A stretch of 64,000 bases of DNA from Ministeria vibrans ATCC 50519. Its lineage: Eukaryota > Protista > Filasterea. This document shows positions 53,088 through 64,000 of this stretch, piece by piece; the stretch's first letter is position 1; every line of letters starts with the position of its first letter. Under the pieces are notes generated by a model. The model did no database searches. It was not told where the DNA came from and saw nothing but the letters and a program-made list of their open reading frames with translations. A program made the position numbers and the translations under genes. Location of the stretch: the NCBI GenBank assembly GCA_943704425.1, contig CALSCP010000692.1, positions 1 to 64,000 on the forward strand, written 5' to 3'.

Positions 53088-54656
53088 ATGCCTACTCCCT
53101 CTGTTACTGCTGCTGCCGGTTTTGACGCCGAGAAGGACGCCGAAGTGCTCCGCAAGGCCATGAAGGGTACATTTAAAGGAGATCTCGCCTGTTCGCCCAT
53201 TCCCGCCGCCCCTGCGCGCCCCATGCTTGCCTCAGGGTCGTGCGTACCCTTTTACTGACGCCATGCTGCCGTTGACGGGCGTTATCGCGAATGATTTGAT
53301 CTCTTTTTCGCCGACCGGTCTTTTTTTTTTTTTTTTTTTTTTTTTTTTCTCTGATTTGTTTGTCATCCTACGCAAAAAATAGTGTTGCGTGCCGCGTGCG
53401 CACCCGCCGTGGTGGCTACGCTGTGCTGTAGCATTCCCTTCGTGTGCCGTGCGGTTCCAATTTGATGCGAATAGAGTGGAATGAGAATTTTTCGCACTTT
53501 TTTACGTTTTTCCTTTTGTTTGTCTGTTGTTTGTCTGTTGTCACTACGACACAAAAAAAAAAAAAAAAAACCNNNNNNNNNNGATTCCTCTGGCGCGACA
53601 TCGCGTATGAAATCGACCAGAAGAAGGCCGAAACTTGTTTGTGTGCACCACTAGGCCTGGGCACGGATGAGAAGGCGATTATTCAGTGCGTGTGCCACCG
53701 GTCGAACGAACAGCGTCTGGAGATCATCAAGATGTTCAAGACAATGTACGGCAAGGATCTGATCAAGGAGCTCAAGAGCGAGCTGGGCGGCCACTTTGAG
53801 GACCTTATCATCGGCTGGATGATGCCCAAGTACGATTTCTTGGCCTGGGCTCTGCACGACGCGTGCGCCGGAGCCGGCACGACGGAGAGCACACTCATTG
53901 ATGTGATTTGTGGCGCGTCGTCCGAGGACCTTAAGCTTATCATTCAGGCGTACAAGGACCTTTACAACAAGGACCTCGAGAAGGTCATCACGAGCGAGAC
54001 CTCGGGACACTTCAAGTAAACGCGCAACGGAGAAGAAGGAATATACCCTCATGCTAATTTTATTGATGCTTTTAGGCGCATCCTTGTCTCGTCGCTCCAG
54101 TGCAACCGCTCGTCGTCGACGGATGTGGACCCGGCCAAGGCTCATGCCGAAGCCGAGGAGCTTTTCAACGCTGGTGAGGGCAAGCTGGGCACAGACGAGA
54201 GCTGCTTCAACCGTCTGCTGTCACTGCGCTCGTGCGCTCAGCTCGACGCTACCTTCAACGAGTACGCCAAGCTGTCGGGATACGACATTGAGCGCACCAT
54301 TCAGCGTGAGATGTCGGGTGACCTTGAGAAGGCCATGCTTGCTGTTGTCAAGTGCATGCGCAACCGCGCCGAGTACTTTGCCGAGCGCATCTACCAGAGC
54401 ATGGACGGTGCCGGCACCAACGACAAGGTACGAGTCATCACACAAAACCAAGAGGGAGATACTCATTATTTTCATTTTCTCTTTTTACCTGATTGTGTAG
54501 GCACTGATCCGCCACGTCGTCTCGCACGCCGAGGTTGACATGGAGGACATCAAGACTGAGTTCATGAAGAAGTACAAGAAGTCGGTCAGCAAGATGATCG
54601 AGAAAGACACATCGGGCGACTACAAGCGCGGCCTTATTGAGATTGTCGGCCAATGA
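53088..54656 (+). CDS. Annexin
   Basis: DAEVLRKAMKG|LGTDEKAII, ELKSELGGHFE, GAGTTE, KLGTDE, EMSGDLE, GAGTND, DTSGDYK. Intron 1 spans an N gap (53573-53582). Confidence 0.95.
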
Positions 54657-54723
54657 TCAGTACATCGTACATACACTCTTTGTCTTTTTTTGGAATTGTT
54701 ATGTGTTTGTATGAGAGAAGGAT

Positions 54724-55233
54724 TTAAAGAGGAGTGAGCACGTAGAAGCCCACGTCGTGTGGCACAATGGGCACCAGGAAGGAGTCTGTGGCATTGTACA
54801 GGTCTGTGTGGGCCCACACGTCGCGCACTCTGTACGTGGTGTGCGCAGGCAGACCCAGCATGGCCCATGTGATGAGCACCGTCTGCAGTGTCTGCGTGTC
54901 CGTGTTGATGGCAGCCACTGCATGACGGTTCTTGGACAAGGGACCAGCCCACACCTATAGACGGAAGGAGAGGGTTATGCCGTGGGTGTGTGTGTGTGTG
55001 TAATTGTCAGGGTGTGTGGCGTACCTCCCATGATTGCGATGGAGGGGATGTGCCAACCAGAGTGCCTAAAAAAGTGAAAAGGTCGTTAGTCTGCGCGCGT
55101 GCGCATTATCACTTTGTTTCTTTTCTCCCTCCTTTCTCCTTGTCACTTTGTTTCTCTCCCTCTTCTCTGTCTATCTGTCTCTTCTTTAAGTACCTTGAAC
55201 ACCCAGATTGTCTTGATTCACCGCAATTGCTGC

Positions 55234-55305
<72 letters not shown>

Positions 55306-56547
55306 AACAAAGTCAGCCCTCTTCGATCTTTGCTCTCGCAACCAAAATTAGAATTTTCTTACCTTCCTTGTTTGTGAGAATATTGAGTGTAGACTGGGAT
55401 GTGTTAGTGATGTCAGTTCCAATGATAAGCGGCGCCTTGACAAGACACCACAAGCTGAAGTGGACACGGCTCTCGCTAACACTCAGCCCAGGATTGCCCA
55501 CTTCAAGCATGTCAGGGTCTAAAAGGAACACACACCATCGTCATATACACACACACACACTTGCTTGTGTGTGGTACCGTTGAACCCGCCGGGAGCAGCT
55601 GATGAGGCAAATGCGTTGTTCTGATGCACCTTTTGCATCATACTCACCCATGAGTTGGTGATGTCGCCTGTGGTGCGCCACATCTGCCGAGAGAACACAC
55701 ACACAAAAAAAAAAAAAAAAAAACGACACAAACACATCACAAGTCAGGGAAATCAGAAGAGTCATCAGGATGTCGTAATTACGTTGGCAAGATCAGGTAC
55801 CGCCGTGGGTCCGTGAATCGAGTAGTAAATAGGGCGTCCGGTGGCATTGAGCGCGTCGCGCATTCGAGGATAGCTCGAGTTGACCGAACCGCACGAGTCG
55901 AATTTCAGATAGTCGACGCCCAAGTCTGCGTAATATTGCGCATCATACTGCTCAAAGCCGGCCGAGCCGTCGTCGTTTGACTTGTCTCCACTGTTGCAAC
56001 ATTGCGTTTTGGATGCGCTGGAATAGATGCCAAACTTGAGCGCACGGGCGTGGACGTAGTCGGCGAGCCCCTTGAGCCCCGACGGAAAGCGAGTGCCGTT
56101 GACCACTTGCAGACCCGTCGCCGGATCCCGCTTGCCTGTGGTCCAGCCGCAGTCAATGTTCACGTACTCGTATCCTGCATCGCGCAGTCCGGTGGACACA
56201 AACGCATCGGCAATCCGCTGTAAACAAACAATGTTTGTTGACAGTCCCATCATCGCAAACCATGTACCATCATAAACGTCTCTCCATAGCCACACGGAGC
56301 TCCCGGCAGCTTGGGTGTTCCTTTTGAAGTGCATCCTCTGTATGGAAAGAACGCGAGAGAGAGGGAGAGAGCGCGTGAGAGAGATTGAGAAAGAGAGAGT
56401 GAGAGAATGTAAAGGGTTGTGATAAGAATGCTCTCCGCACCGGCAATTCCAGGGATTAAACCCCATGGGAGGCTTTAATAATCCATTGTTCAGACCAAAC
56501 ACAACAGCCACGAGGGAGGAAATGATCACAAGCGTCGAGGAGCCCAT
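54724..56547 (-). CDS. GH27 alpha-galactosidase/alpha-NAGA
   Basis: Signal peptide; [73 protein letters not shown]. Confidence 0.93.
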
Positions 56548-57190
56548 CAGACGATCATTCACCAAAATAAATAATATTAGTGGTAATATTTGCGATCAAA
56601 TATCAATGAGAGACTACTGAATCGACTGAAGAAGAAATGGAGGACTCTTTAGAGAAGAAACCGTCAGTAATGGGGAAGTGGCGTATTCACAGAGTGGTGA
56701 ACTGGTGATCTCTCTCTCTCTCTCTCTCTTTCTCTTGAACTCTCTCTCTCTCTCTCTCTCTCTATTCAATGGTGGTTAAAATTTCATCCGTCTGATCAGT
56801 GGCATTGTTGGTCGCAACGCGCACGGGACTTCTAGTTACATTAGTACAGATAGCCAGTGATTAGCCACTTAACACTTTGCTGGCAGGGCGCAACAAGTTC
56901 TCGCTCGTGCCCTCCTCGTGTTGGTGGGGTGGGGTGTCTCACTCACTCGCCTTGCACACACAGCCATGACATGGTGGCAAACCCTTGTCGCTACTTAACT
57001 GGCACTGCAACACACGGTTGGCGACCACCATTGGGATGTTCGCGGTACACTAGCGCGCACACACGCCCGCATGGGCGTGATTTCCATTCCTTTTTTTTCT
57101 TCATCCAATAGATAAGTAATTCACTATTTACAAAATCAAATCAAAATACAATAGATACAGTATCACATGCGGATATAGGTATACACGAAT

Positions 57191-57934
57191 TCACATAGAG
57201 TAGACTCGAACATAGAGAGGAACGCCTTCCACACTGGACGGGACAGGGACAGTGGTGAGTCCTGCCTGTAGGTTGACGTGCAGACAGGTGTGTGAGCCTG
57301 ACATGGTGGAGCTGGTGTCCAAGAGCTCGCATGAAATGTCGTTCCCCAATGCTTCCAGGGCACCCACCACGACGCCGGCATCCATTACTGCCGGTAGAAG
57401 CAGCTCCAGCCGCGTGTTGGTCGGCACAAGCGTCCGCTTGGTGACATGCTTGGGATGAACCAGCGCCAGTCCGATCTTCTGCGCTGCCTGCTCAAACAGC
57501 CACAGGCGTCCTTCGTGGGAGTTGCCAGAGCGCTGGGTGAGGCACAGCCGACTGGTACGGACGCTGGCTTGCGGAGACGGGAGAATCTTGGCTGCACCCG
57601 ACTTGAACATAATGTAGTTGTCTGCGTCGCGACGATTTGAGCAGGAAGGATCGTATATGAACACGCTGGGCGCTCCACTCGGTGCGTAGAGCGTCTGCCG
57701 AGTCGGTAAATGCTCGGAGAAGGTCGCAAAAGCAGCCCGTAGATCGGGATGGCGCGAGAGAAGCGATGCAAGTGTAGAGACGACACTGTCGTCGTCAAAC
57801 CACTCTCTCTCCTCATCGGTCGACGACAGCAGCGTTACAACGGTGATTTCATCCTCTGTACACAAACATGTCCCGCTGTCCAACGCGTGGTTCGAGTGGC
57901 AGTCAGAGTGAGTGTGAGACGACCAATCGTCCAT
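57191..57934 (-). CDS. Hypothetical protein (247 aa)
   Basis: ATG-initiated ORF with coding-like composition and AT-rich flanks; no family recognised. Confidence 0.55.
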   Translation of the reverse strand: MDDWSSHTHSDCHSNHALDSGTCLCTEDEITVVTLLSSTDEEREWFDDDSVVSTLASLLSRHPDLRAAFATFSEHLPTRQTLYAPSGAPSVFIYDPSCSNRRDADNYIMFKSGAAKILPSPQASVRTSRLCLTQRSGNSHEGRLWLFEQAAQKIGLALVHPKHVTKRTLVPTNTRLELLLPAVMDAGVVVGALEALGNDISCELLDTSSTMSGSHTCLHVNLQAGLTTVPVPSSVEGVPLYVRVYSM

Positions 57935-58236
57935 AATGCTAAAAAAAAAAATAATAATTAATATACGAAACTCACCAACTCAAATTGGAAACGTGTGAGT
58001 AGAACCGACCGACGACGCGACTCCATTCGCGTCGCAGCTCCACACTCTGATGGCCAACGAGCCATTGGCAGTCAAGCATCAGCAGCCGCGGGCGAGGTTC
58101 TTCTTGCGACGCTGTGGTGCGCTCGTTCGGCACACGATAAGACGCAGGCGAGCTCGCCCTTCGCCACGTTTTTGCGGGCGAAATTGACGATTTCCATAAT
58201 AACACACTAGCAACAGTCTGATTTCGATATTTTGCT

Positions 58237-59218
58237 ATGCTTGCACTGTACATTGTACTGTGCGGATTAGTAGCGGCCATTGATGCAGCGACAATCACGA
58301 GCGTGCCGGCAGGCGAGAGTGGCATTCCAGTCAACGTCACATCATCAAACCTGCAGGTCGCCTTCAAGGTTTGCGAGGGAGACGCTATGGCATCAGTCAT
58401 AGCACCAACGGGGGCGATTGTTGTCACCCTGTCGCGTGAAGAGGTCTTCGAGGCCGACTATCTTCAAGTAAGATCAGGTACCTTTCAGACTGATTTTGAC
58501 ACGTGTGGTTTAGAACGGAATATATGTACTGATGATCACAAGTGTGTCTGGTGCGAATGTTACGGTCAATACAACTACGACGAGTGAGCAATGGGAGTAC
58601 CCCGTTCTACCTGGCGACACGAGCGTGACTGCGACCGCCACCAGTGCGACGAGCATGAGCGTGAGCTGGGCCGCGGCGACGGGTGACGATGTCGTGTACT
58701 GTGTGTACTGGCACGAGGAGGATGAGCATATGGACAGCGATGCACACGGCAGCAGCTGCTCAACCCACTTTGGTGACGAGCACACAAGCAGCATGTGCAC
58801 CAATGCGACGAGCGTGACGCTGACGGGCCTGCACGCGGACAGCGAGTACCATGTCGATGTCGTTGCCAAGCGTCAAACGTACACACTGGCGTACATGTCG
58901 GCCGTTGCGACAACGCTTCACGGCGAGACGGTGGTACTTCAGAGTGGCATGGCCGGCGTGTTCAACATCAGTGGTGGTGACGAGCTGGACATTGTGGTGG
59001 ACGTGGGCACGAGCACCAGTAGCCTCAAGGTGCTCGTTGAGGGCTGCAGCGTCGACGTGGCATGGCAGCTGCTGTCGCCGACAAACGCCGTGCTGCAGGC
59101 GATGGGCAACGTGAGCGCGGTGGACACGGACCACGATCACGACCACGACCACGATCGTCGTCGCGACGATGAGCACGACCACGATGACGACGATGATGAG
59201 CACGATCACGAGCATGCG
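58237..59218 (+). CDS. Secreted NDNF-like FN3 protein, truncated by gap; His/Asp-rich segment
   Basis: Signal peptide MLALYIVLCGLVAA; YPVLPGDTSV..SMSVSW..VVYCVY..TLTGLHADSEYHVDVVA..AY resembles the NDNF FN3. Ends DHDHDH.. at the N gap 59219-59227. Confidence 0.65.
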
Positions 59219-59236
59219 NNNNNNNNNTCTTTCTCC

Positions 59237-59282
<46 letters not shown>

Positions 59283-59364
59283 TATCTTTTTTTGTCCACT
59301 CTCTCGTTCTCTTTCTTTAACTCTCTCTCTCTCTCGCTCTCTTTCTTTTCCTCTCGATCTGTAC

Positions 59365-60388
59365 TTGGTTTTCTCCATGACTGGGCCCAGATCCTCTTCG
59401 GTAATCTCTCCGCCAAGTCGCAGTGTCTTCTGGATGTACTCAAACACACCCCACCCACTACAAAAAAAAAAAGAAAAAAAATACAGTCACTTACAACATT
59501 ACATATACACCCACACAGACTTCAGGCGTCGCGGTCGTACGATGATTTCTTAGCAGAGGACTTGCTCACGTCGGATTGTGATGGAGTGTACTCGAGGTCT
59601 TCCACATCGCCCGAGTGCGACACTTTGGCGTTTGGGTCGAGGTACTCCTTGGTAGACGTGCCTTCACCGACAATGACGGATTTGGGTTCGCGTTCGATGG
59701 GTTTGATGCGGGAGGTGCGCGACGAAGAGGGAGAGGGTTCTTCGGACGTGCGGCGTTGTTGCGCCTGTTCGCGTCGTTTCTGCTGCAGGATCTGTTTTGG
59801 GGTGAGTTTGACGGCAGGAGAGGCAGGAGCACTTTGTGGAGTTGCTGCTGCGGCTGAAGGGGTATCTGGCGTGGCGTTGGTGGTGCTGTGGGGGGAGGCA
59901 AGCGGTGATTTGGCATGGTCATCCACTGTCGACGTGGCGCGGCCCTTTGAAGGCGCCCCAGCGCGGTTCTTGCGCTCCTGAATGTGCTGCATCTCAGCCG
60001 CCTCCATGTCGTCGACGAACTGGTCGTGGAACCGGTCGCCAAGGGCAGCAGGATCGTCGCGAGCAACGGGGTTGTTTTCGTCGAGGACGGCCGCGACCCG
60101 TTCGCGCGTCTTGTGCAGCAGCGTCTCCACGTAGGGGACCTTGGTGCGGAAGGTCGAGGCAAACACGGCAACAAAGAGGAGGCCACGGGCGTTGTCGAGC
60201 ACGTAGCGCAGCGTGTCGTCCTTGGTTGCGAACGTCCCGTCGCTGTTTCCGCCTCGCTCGACGGCCCGCGCGGGCGCCAGCAGCTCCGCCATCAGCGCAT
60301 TGACAGGGTCGCCCACGACGCTCATCTCGCTGTTGTACTCGTACAGTACCAGACCCGTACGAGTGCACACCACAAACTTCGAAAGCAT
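59365..60388 (-). CDS. SRPRA: SRP receptor alpha, 5' (SRX longin + linker) part
   Basis: MLSKFVVCTRTGLVLY..PVNALM..LRYVLDN..LLFVAVF..YVETLL; final exon MFEYIQKTLRLGGEITEEDLGPVMEKT(K), donor GT at 59364. Confidence 0.85.
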
Positions 60389-60582
60389 GACAAGAAAAAT
60401 TGAATAATAATTGAATACGTCGTAATCATCATTTTTAGTCTTTCTTTCATTCTGTGATCTTCTCGCCAGTAAACATCACTTATCCGTCGTTTGTCATCAC
60501 TTTCACACTTTGCGCTCTGTCGTGACCTGTGGCGCCTCTCTTTCGTGTCTCACGAAAACATCTTTTTTTTTTTGTGATAGAC

Positions 60583-61494
60583 ATGAAGCAGAAGCATTTC
60601 ATCGATGCTCACAAGTCCATGACATTCTTTGTATGTCTTGGACTGATGCACCACTACAACCAGTGGGAAAACACAACGCTGTGGGTGTGTAAGGCTTCAC
60701 GCAATCCCGCTCGCTCTCTCTCTCTCTCTCTGTGCCCTCCCCTCGTGCCCCATTCACGCGGAGAGCGTGTGCACTGGGCACATGTTCACATGTTGTGCCA
60801 ATGCGCAGTCATCCTTGCCCGAATGGGACGCACTTTTTTTCAAACCAGCTCAAAAACAACACAAAAGAAAGCAACATACACAAACACACCACATCACATC
60901 CAACGTCTGTTTGTTTCTCTTAGACACGGCTCTCCATGGCACGTACGGTGTCTTGTGGACTCTCAAGAGCCAGATCTTCCCGGACAAGCAGTGGGAGCAG
61001 GAGTGCTCCATCTTCTACGGTCTCTACATGTTCTTCGGTCTGCTGCTCTACTGGGCCTCTCCGCTGCTGATTGCTCTGCAGGGAGCTAACCTTGTCGTGC
61101 CCCCGGCCTTCCTCTGCGGCATCATTACCATGTGGGGCATTGGCGTCTTCTACCACTTTACCTCTGACATGGAGAAGGACATCTCACTCAAAGTACGAAA
61201 ACCAATGCCCAACTCACTCGCTCACTTGCCCACACCTCTCAGCTCAACCCCGGTAAACTGTTTACCACGGGCCTGTGGGCGCGCTGCCGCAACCCCAACT
61301 ACTTTGGCGAGCTGCTCATCTACCTGTCGTTTGCTCTGCTGCCCGGCTCGCCCTACCCCCCGCTCTTCCTGCTCGCCTTTATCCTCATTGTGTGGGTCCC
61401 CAATATGCTTAAGAAGGATCGCTCGCTCTCTCGCCATCCCGGCTACGCCGAGTACAAAAAGCGCAGTAGCATTCTCATTCCGCTCATTCTTTGA
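60583..61494 (+). CDS. DUF1295/steroid 5-alpha-reductase-like membrane protein
   Basis: MKQKHFIDAHK.., ALHGTYGVLWTLKSQIFPDKQWEQ, HFTSDMEK, TGLWARCRNPNYFGELLIY, KKDRSLSRHPGYAEYK. Confidence 0.85.
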
Positions 61495-61714
61495 GCAGAG
61501 AACGAACATGTAGACCAAAGAAAACGGAGAAACCTAATTGAAAACTATATGTGTGTGAACTGCCAAGTGTGAGGAAATCCAAAATGCTGTCATTTATTGA
61601 TCTGTGTGTTTTGCTTAATGCTTCACTGTCGATGAGTATGAATATATAATTATCTAATATTATATAAGAAAAATACTAGTTTACATGTTCAATGTTTACA
61701 AAAACGATCAACGG

Positions 61715-62398
61715 TCAAAGATTGTCATTTTCTTGGCCGGGCATGACACGACGCCGACGGTCGGCAATCTCCTTTGCACGCGCGCCCGCCAGCACGGGGT
61801 TTGTGTCGCGGTCGGTGAACTTGAAGGCGGTCTTGAAGCGGCCTGCGAGGCGGTGGCGGGGCGGAGTGCCTTTGCGGCGGATCGTCGTGCGGATCCTGCT
61901 TGTCATCCCGACGGAGGTGCGCGCCACGTCGGGGCTGACACTTGCCGACGACATGGGCGAGCCGCTTGGCGTCGACGCGGATGCGCTTTGGGGCGTTGCC
62001 AGGGCGTGCGGGGCGGGCGGTTGTGCCCAGCCGGCGTTTGGCGACCGTTGATCGCCGTCTGGCGCTCGCAGGTCTATTTCAGGCTCGGTCTTTACGCGAA
62101 CTGCGGCATGTGCCCCAGGTGTAGCTGGTTCGCTTGACGGCGGCATGTCTTGCAAGGCAGAAGAGTGTGTTTGGTGGGCGTCGCTCGTTTCGCCTCTGGC
62201 CACCCTGTCCTCCACAAGGCTCTTCTGCGGGCTTTGAGGGCGGCAATCCTCTTTTCCGTGCGTATCGTGTGATGGAGAGGCAGAAGGCAGGCCGCTAGAG
62301 ATGCAGAAGACGAGTTTCAGCCCTAACGGCCATTTGCATCGTTTTTTTTTTCAATCTTCTCAATCGCACTTGTCGGACGGTGCGTCTTCGCTGGACAT
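61715..62398 (-). CDS. Hypothetical low-complexity protein with basic C-terminus (2 exons)
   Basis: MSSEDAPSDK, GT-AG intron about 62296-62369, then an in-frame exon joining the 166-aa ORF. Confidence 0.5.
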
Positions 62399-63145
62399 GC
62401 TGGCAGGCAGGGGGCACTCACAAAGGGGCGTGTATCTGTATTCCACCGGGAAAGGGACCGCAAGACGATGGGAGAGCGGTGCAGGGACGAACAGCGTTTG
62501 AATTTGGCGCTGTCTCAAAAATATTGTCAAGAGAAAAATCAAACATAATCATCACAATTGACTTTTACAACTCGCCGATCCAAAGAAGAAGCTTTTTGAG
62601 CCATCAACCCAGGGAAGGGATTCGAAGTCTGTTAGTACTCATATTTCATAATAGGCTATAGATATTAGATAGAGCTAGTACGAAGGAAGCGGGCAAGCCG
62701 GCTACCAACTGCGAAAGGTCATTGATTCACACAGAATGATTTCAATTTTGAAGATCTTCAATATGTATAAATACTGAACAATGTAGCGCGTCATGGGCAC
62801 TGAGTGAGACAGTCAAACTGCTCACTCAAACAGTTAGGGAGTGGGCCCAGTGTAACGCACATCATTGCATTGTAGAGGAGGTACACATTTGTTGAGATCA
62901 CTGAAGTGAAATTTGAAAAGTTTACTCCAACGAGAAGAAATGAATAATAATACAATAAAGTTATGAAGAGCAATGCAATGTTTCCGCCATTGGCATTGTA
63001 GTTGAAATAGGAATAAAATAAGAGTTGAAGACGTAATAATAGTAACAACAGTAATAATTGAAGTGAGAAGTTTAAGTCCAGGAACCTGATTGGAACATCA
63101 AAATAAATTATTTGGTCACAATTAAAATTAGTATTTTAATTCCAC

Positions 63146-64000
63146 ATGAATTACGTTGTACTGCTGGCCATTGTTGCGTCAGTCGCGTTCGCAACACCTC
63201 CCACGAGGTCTTTGTCTGGCGTTCCCGCAAAGCGCTATACGTTTCTGCTGGGCACTCACACGCACCGGGGGCATTTAATGCCGACGCTGTGGCTTGCAAC
63301 CGCGTTGGCAACACGCCACAATGTCGCAGTCGCAACGGCGCACTCTTTCATCTCCGACCCTCTGTTCAGCAAAGGAAGCGAGTATGCTCATACCGCCCTT
63401 GTGGATGCCACACACTTGGACAAGGTATGTTTTTCAAATATGTCTTCGAAGCGGTTCAAACCGTTTCGATTGTTTCTCTACAGAGCCAACGACTCCACAT
63501 TTCTGCCACGCGTTGTAGAAATGGCAGAAACTGACGATGTCATCGGACTTATGAAGCTCTCGATGAGTCTGTCTCTCGATCGATTTGAGGAGCAGTTGGC
63601 AATCCATCGTGAGTACATTGCCCGCAAGAACCCCGACGTGTGCATCTATGATGTCACAAGTATCGCTACACTCGTTGCATGCCGCACAGCGGGCATTCCC
63701 ACCATTGCAATGTTTCCTTCAAGTATTTGGTCAACGACGCTGGACAACGTGCCGCTGTTCATGTCTCCACAAACAATGAGCCACCGCTCGATGCTCACAC
63801 GTCTGGTGCAAAAACTCTCCCTCTTGGCCATCCACTTGGATCTTCCTGGTTGGCTTGGCGGCGTACACGAAGCTTTGGCGGTCGCAAACGTTGAAGATTA
63901 CAACCAGTTTGGCTTTGCCTCCATGATGGACCGATCGCTTGTGCTCGTGACTTCCTTTTACGGATTTGACTTTCCCACTGCTCTACCGGCAAACCACGTT
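63146..64000 (+). CDS. UDP-glycosyltransferase (GT1/UGT), runs off window end
   Basis: Signal peptide MNYVVLLAIVASVAFA; HRGHLMP..LATALATRHNV; PDVCIYD..ACRTAGIP; LVTSFYGFDFP. The frame stays open to 64000. Confidence 0.82.
   Translation, partial: MNYVVLLAIVASVAFATPPTRSLSGVPAKRYTFLLGTHTHRGHLMPTLWLATALATRHNVAVATAHSFISDPLFSKGSEYAHTALVDATHLDKVCFSNMSSKRFKPFRLFLYRANDSTFLPRVVEMAETDDVIGLMKLSMSLSLDRFEEQLAIHREYIARKNPDVCIYDVTSIATLVACRTAGIPTIAMFPSSIWSTTLDNVPLFMSPQTMSHRSMLTRLVQKLSLLAIHLDLPGWLGGVHEALAVANVEDYNQFGFASMMDRSLVLVTSFYGFDFPTALPANHV

Noticed and set aside
62791-63048. 85-aa minus-strand hydrophobic ORF
   Set aside because: Non-ATG start, AT-rich intergenic composition and no recognisable motifs.

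Overview
Gene-dense, intron-containing eukaryotic DNA with about 32 protein-coding loci, short GT-AG introns, CA/CT microsatellites, short AT-rich intergenic spacers and two N gaps. It is not prokaryotic: there are no operons or CRISPR arrays, and no recognisable rRNA or tRNA. The gene set suggests a ciliated unicellular relative of animals (inference): BBS8, LRRC45, CCDC93, TMEM55-like, complexin-like and NDNF-like genes. Housekeeping genes include MRG15, LSM1, RIO2, KYNU, SPT6, TADA3, SRPRA, NUBPL, CENP-S, La and an annexin. Highlights: (1) a gene at 3867-5531(-) fusing an H1-like basic arm, a telobox (TRF-type) Myb domain and a C-terminal domain resembling the archaeal/viral chromatin protein MC1, whose long first intron carries two TTAGGGTTAA telomere-type boxes in a duplicated 152-nt module; (2) an intronless SHLD2 (shieldin)-like OB-fold gene near a PBZ-PBZ-SWIM-ATP-dependent DNA ligase fusion; (3) a CAAX-type complexin and an NDNF-like FN3 protein; (4) SRPRA split in two pieces about 20 kb apart and two back-to-back 'headless' gene pairs, probably misassembly at an intron-resident satellite; (5) an approximately 800-bp element with approximately 110-bp inverted repeats. 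All homology calls were made by eye from remembered family motifs; no database search was run.
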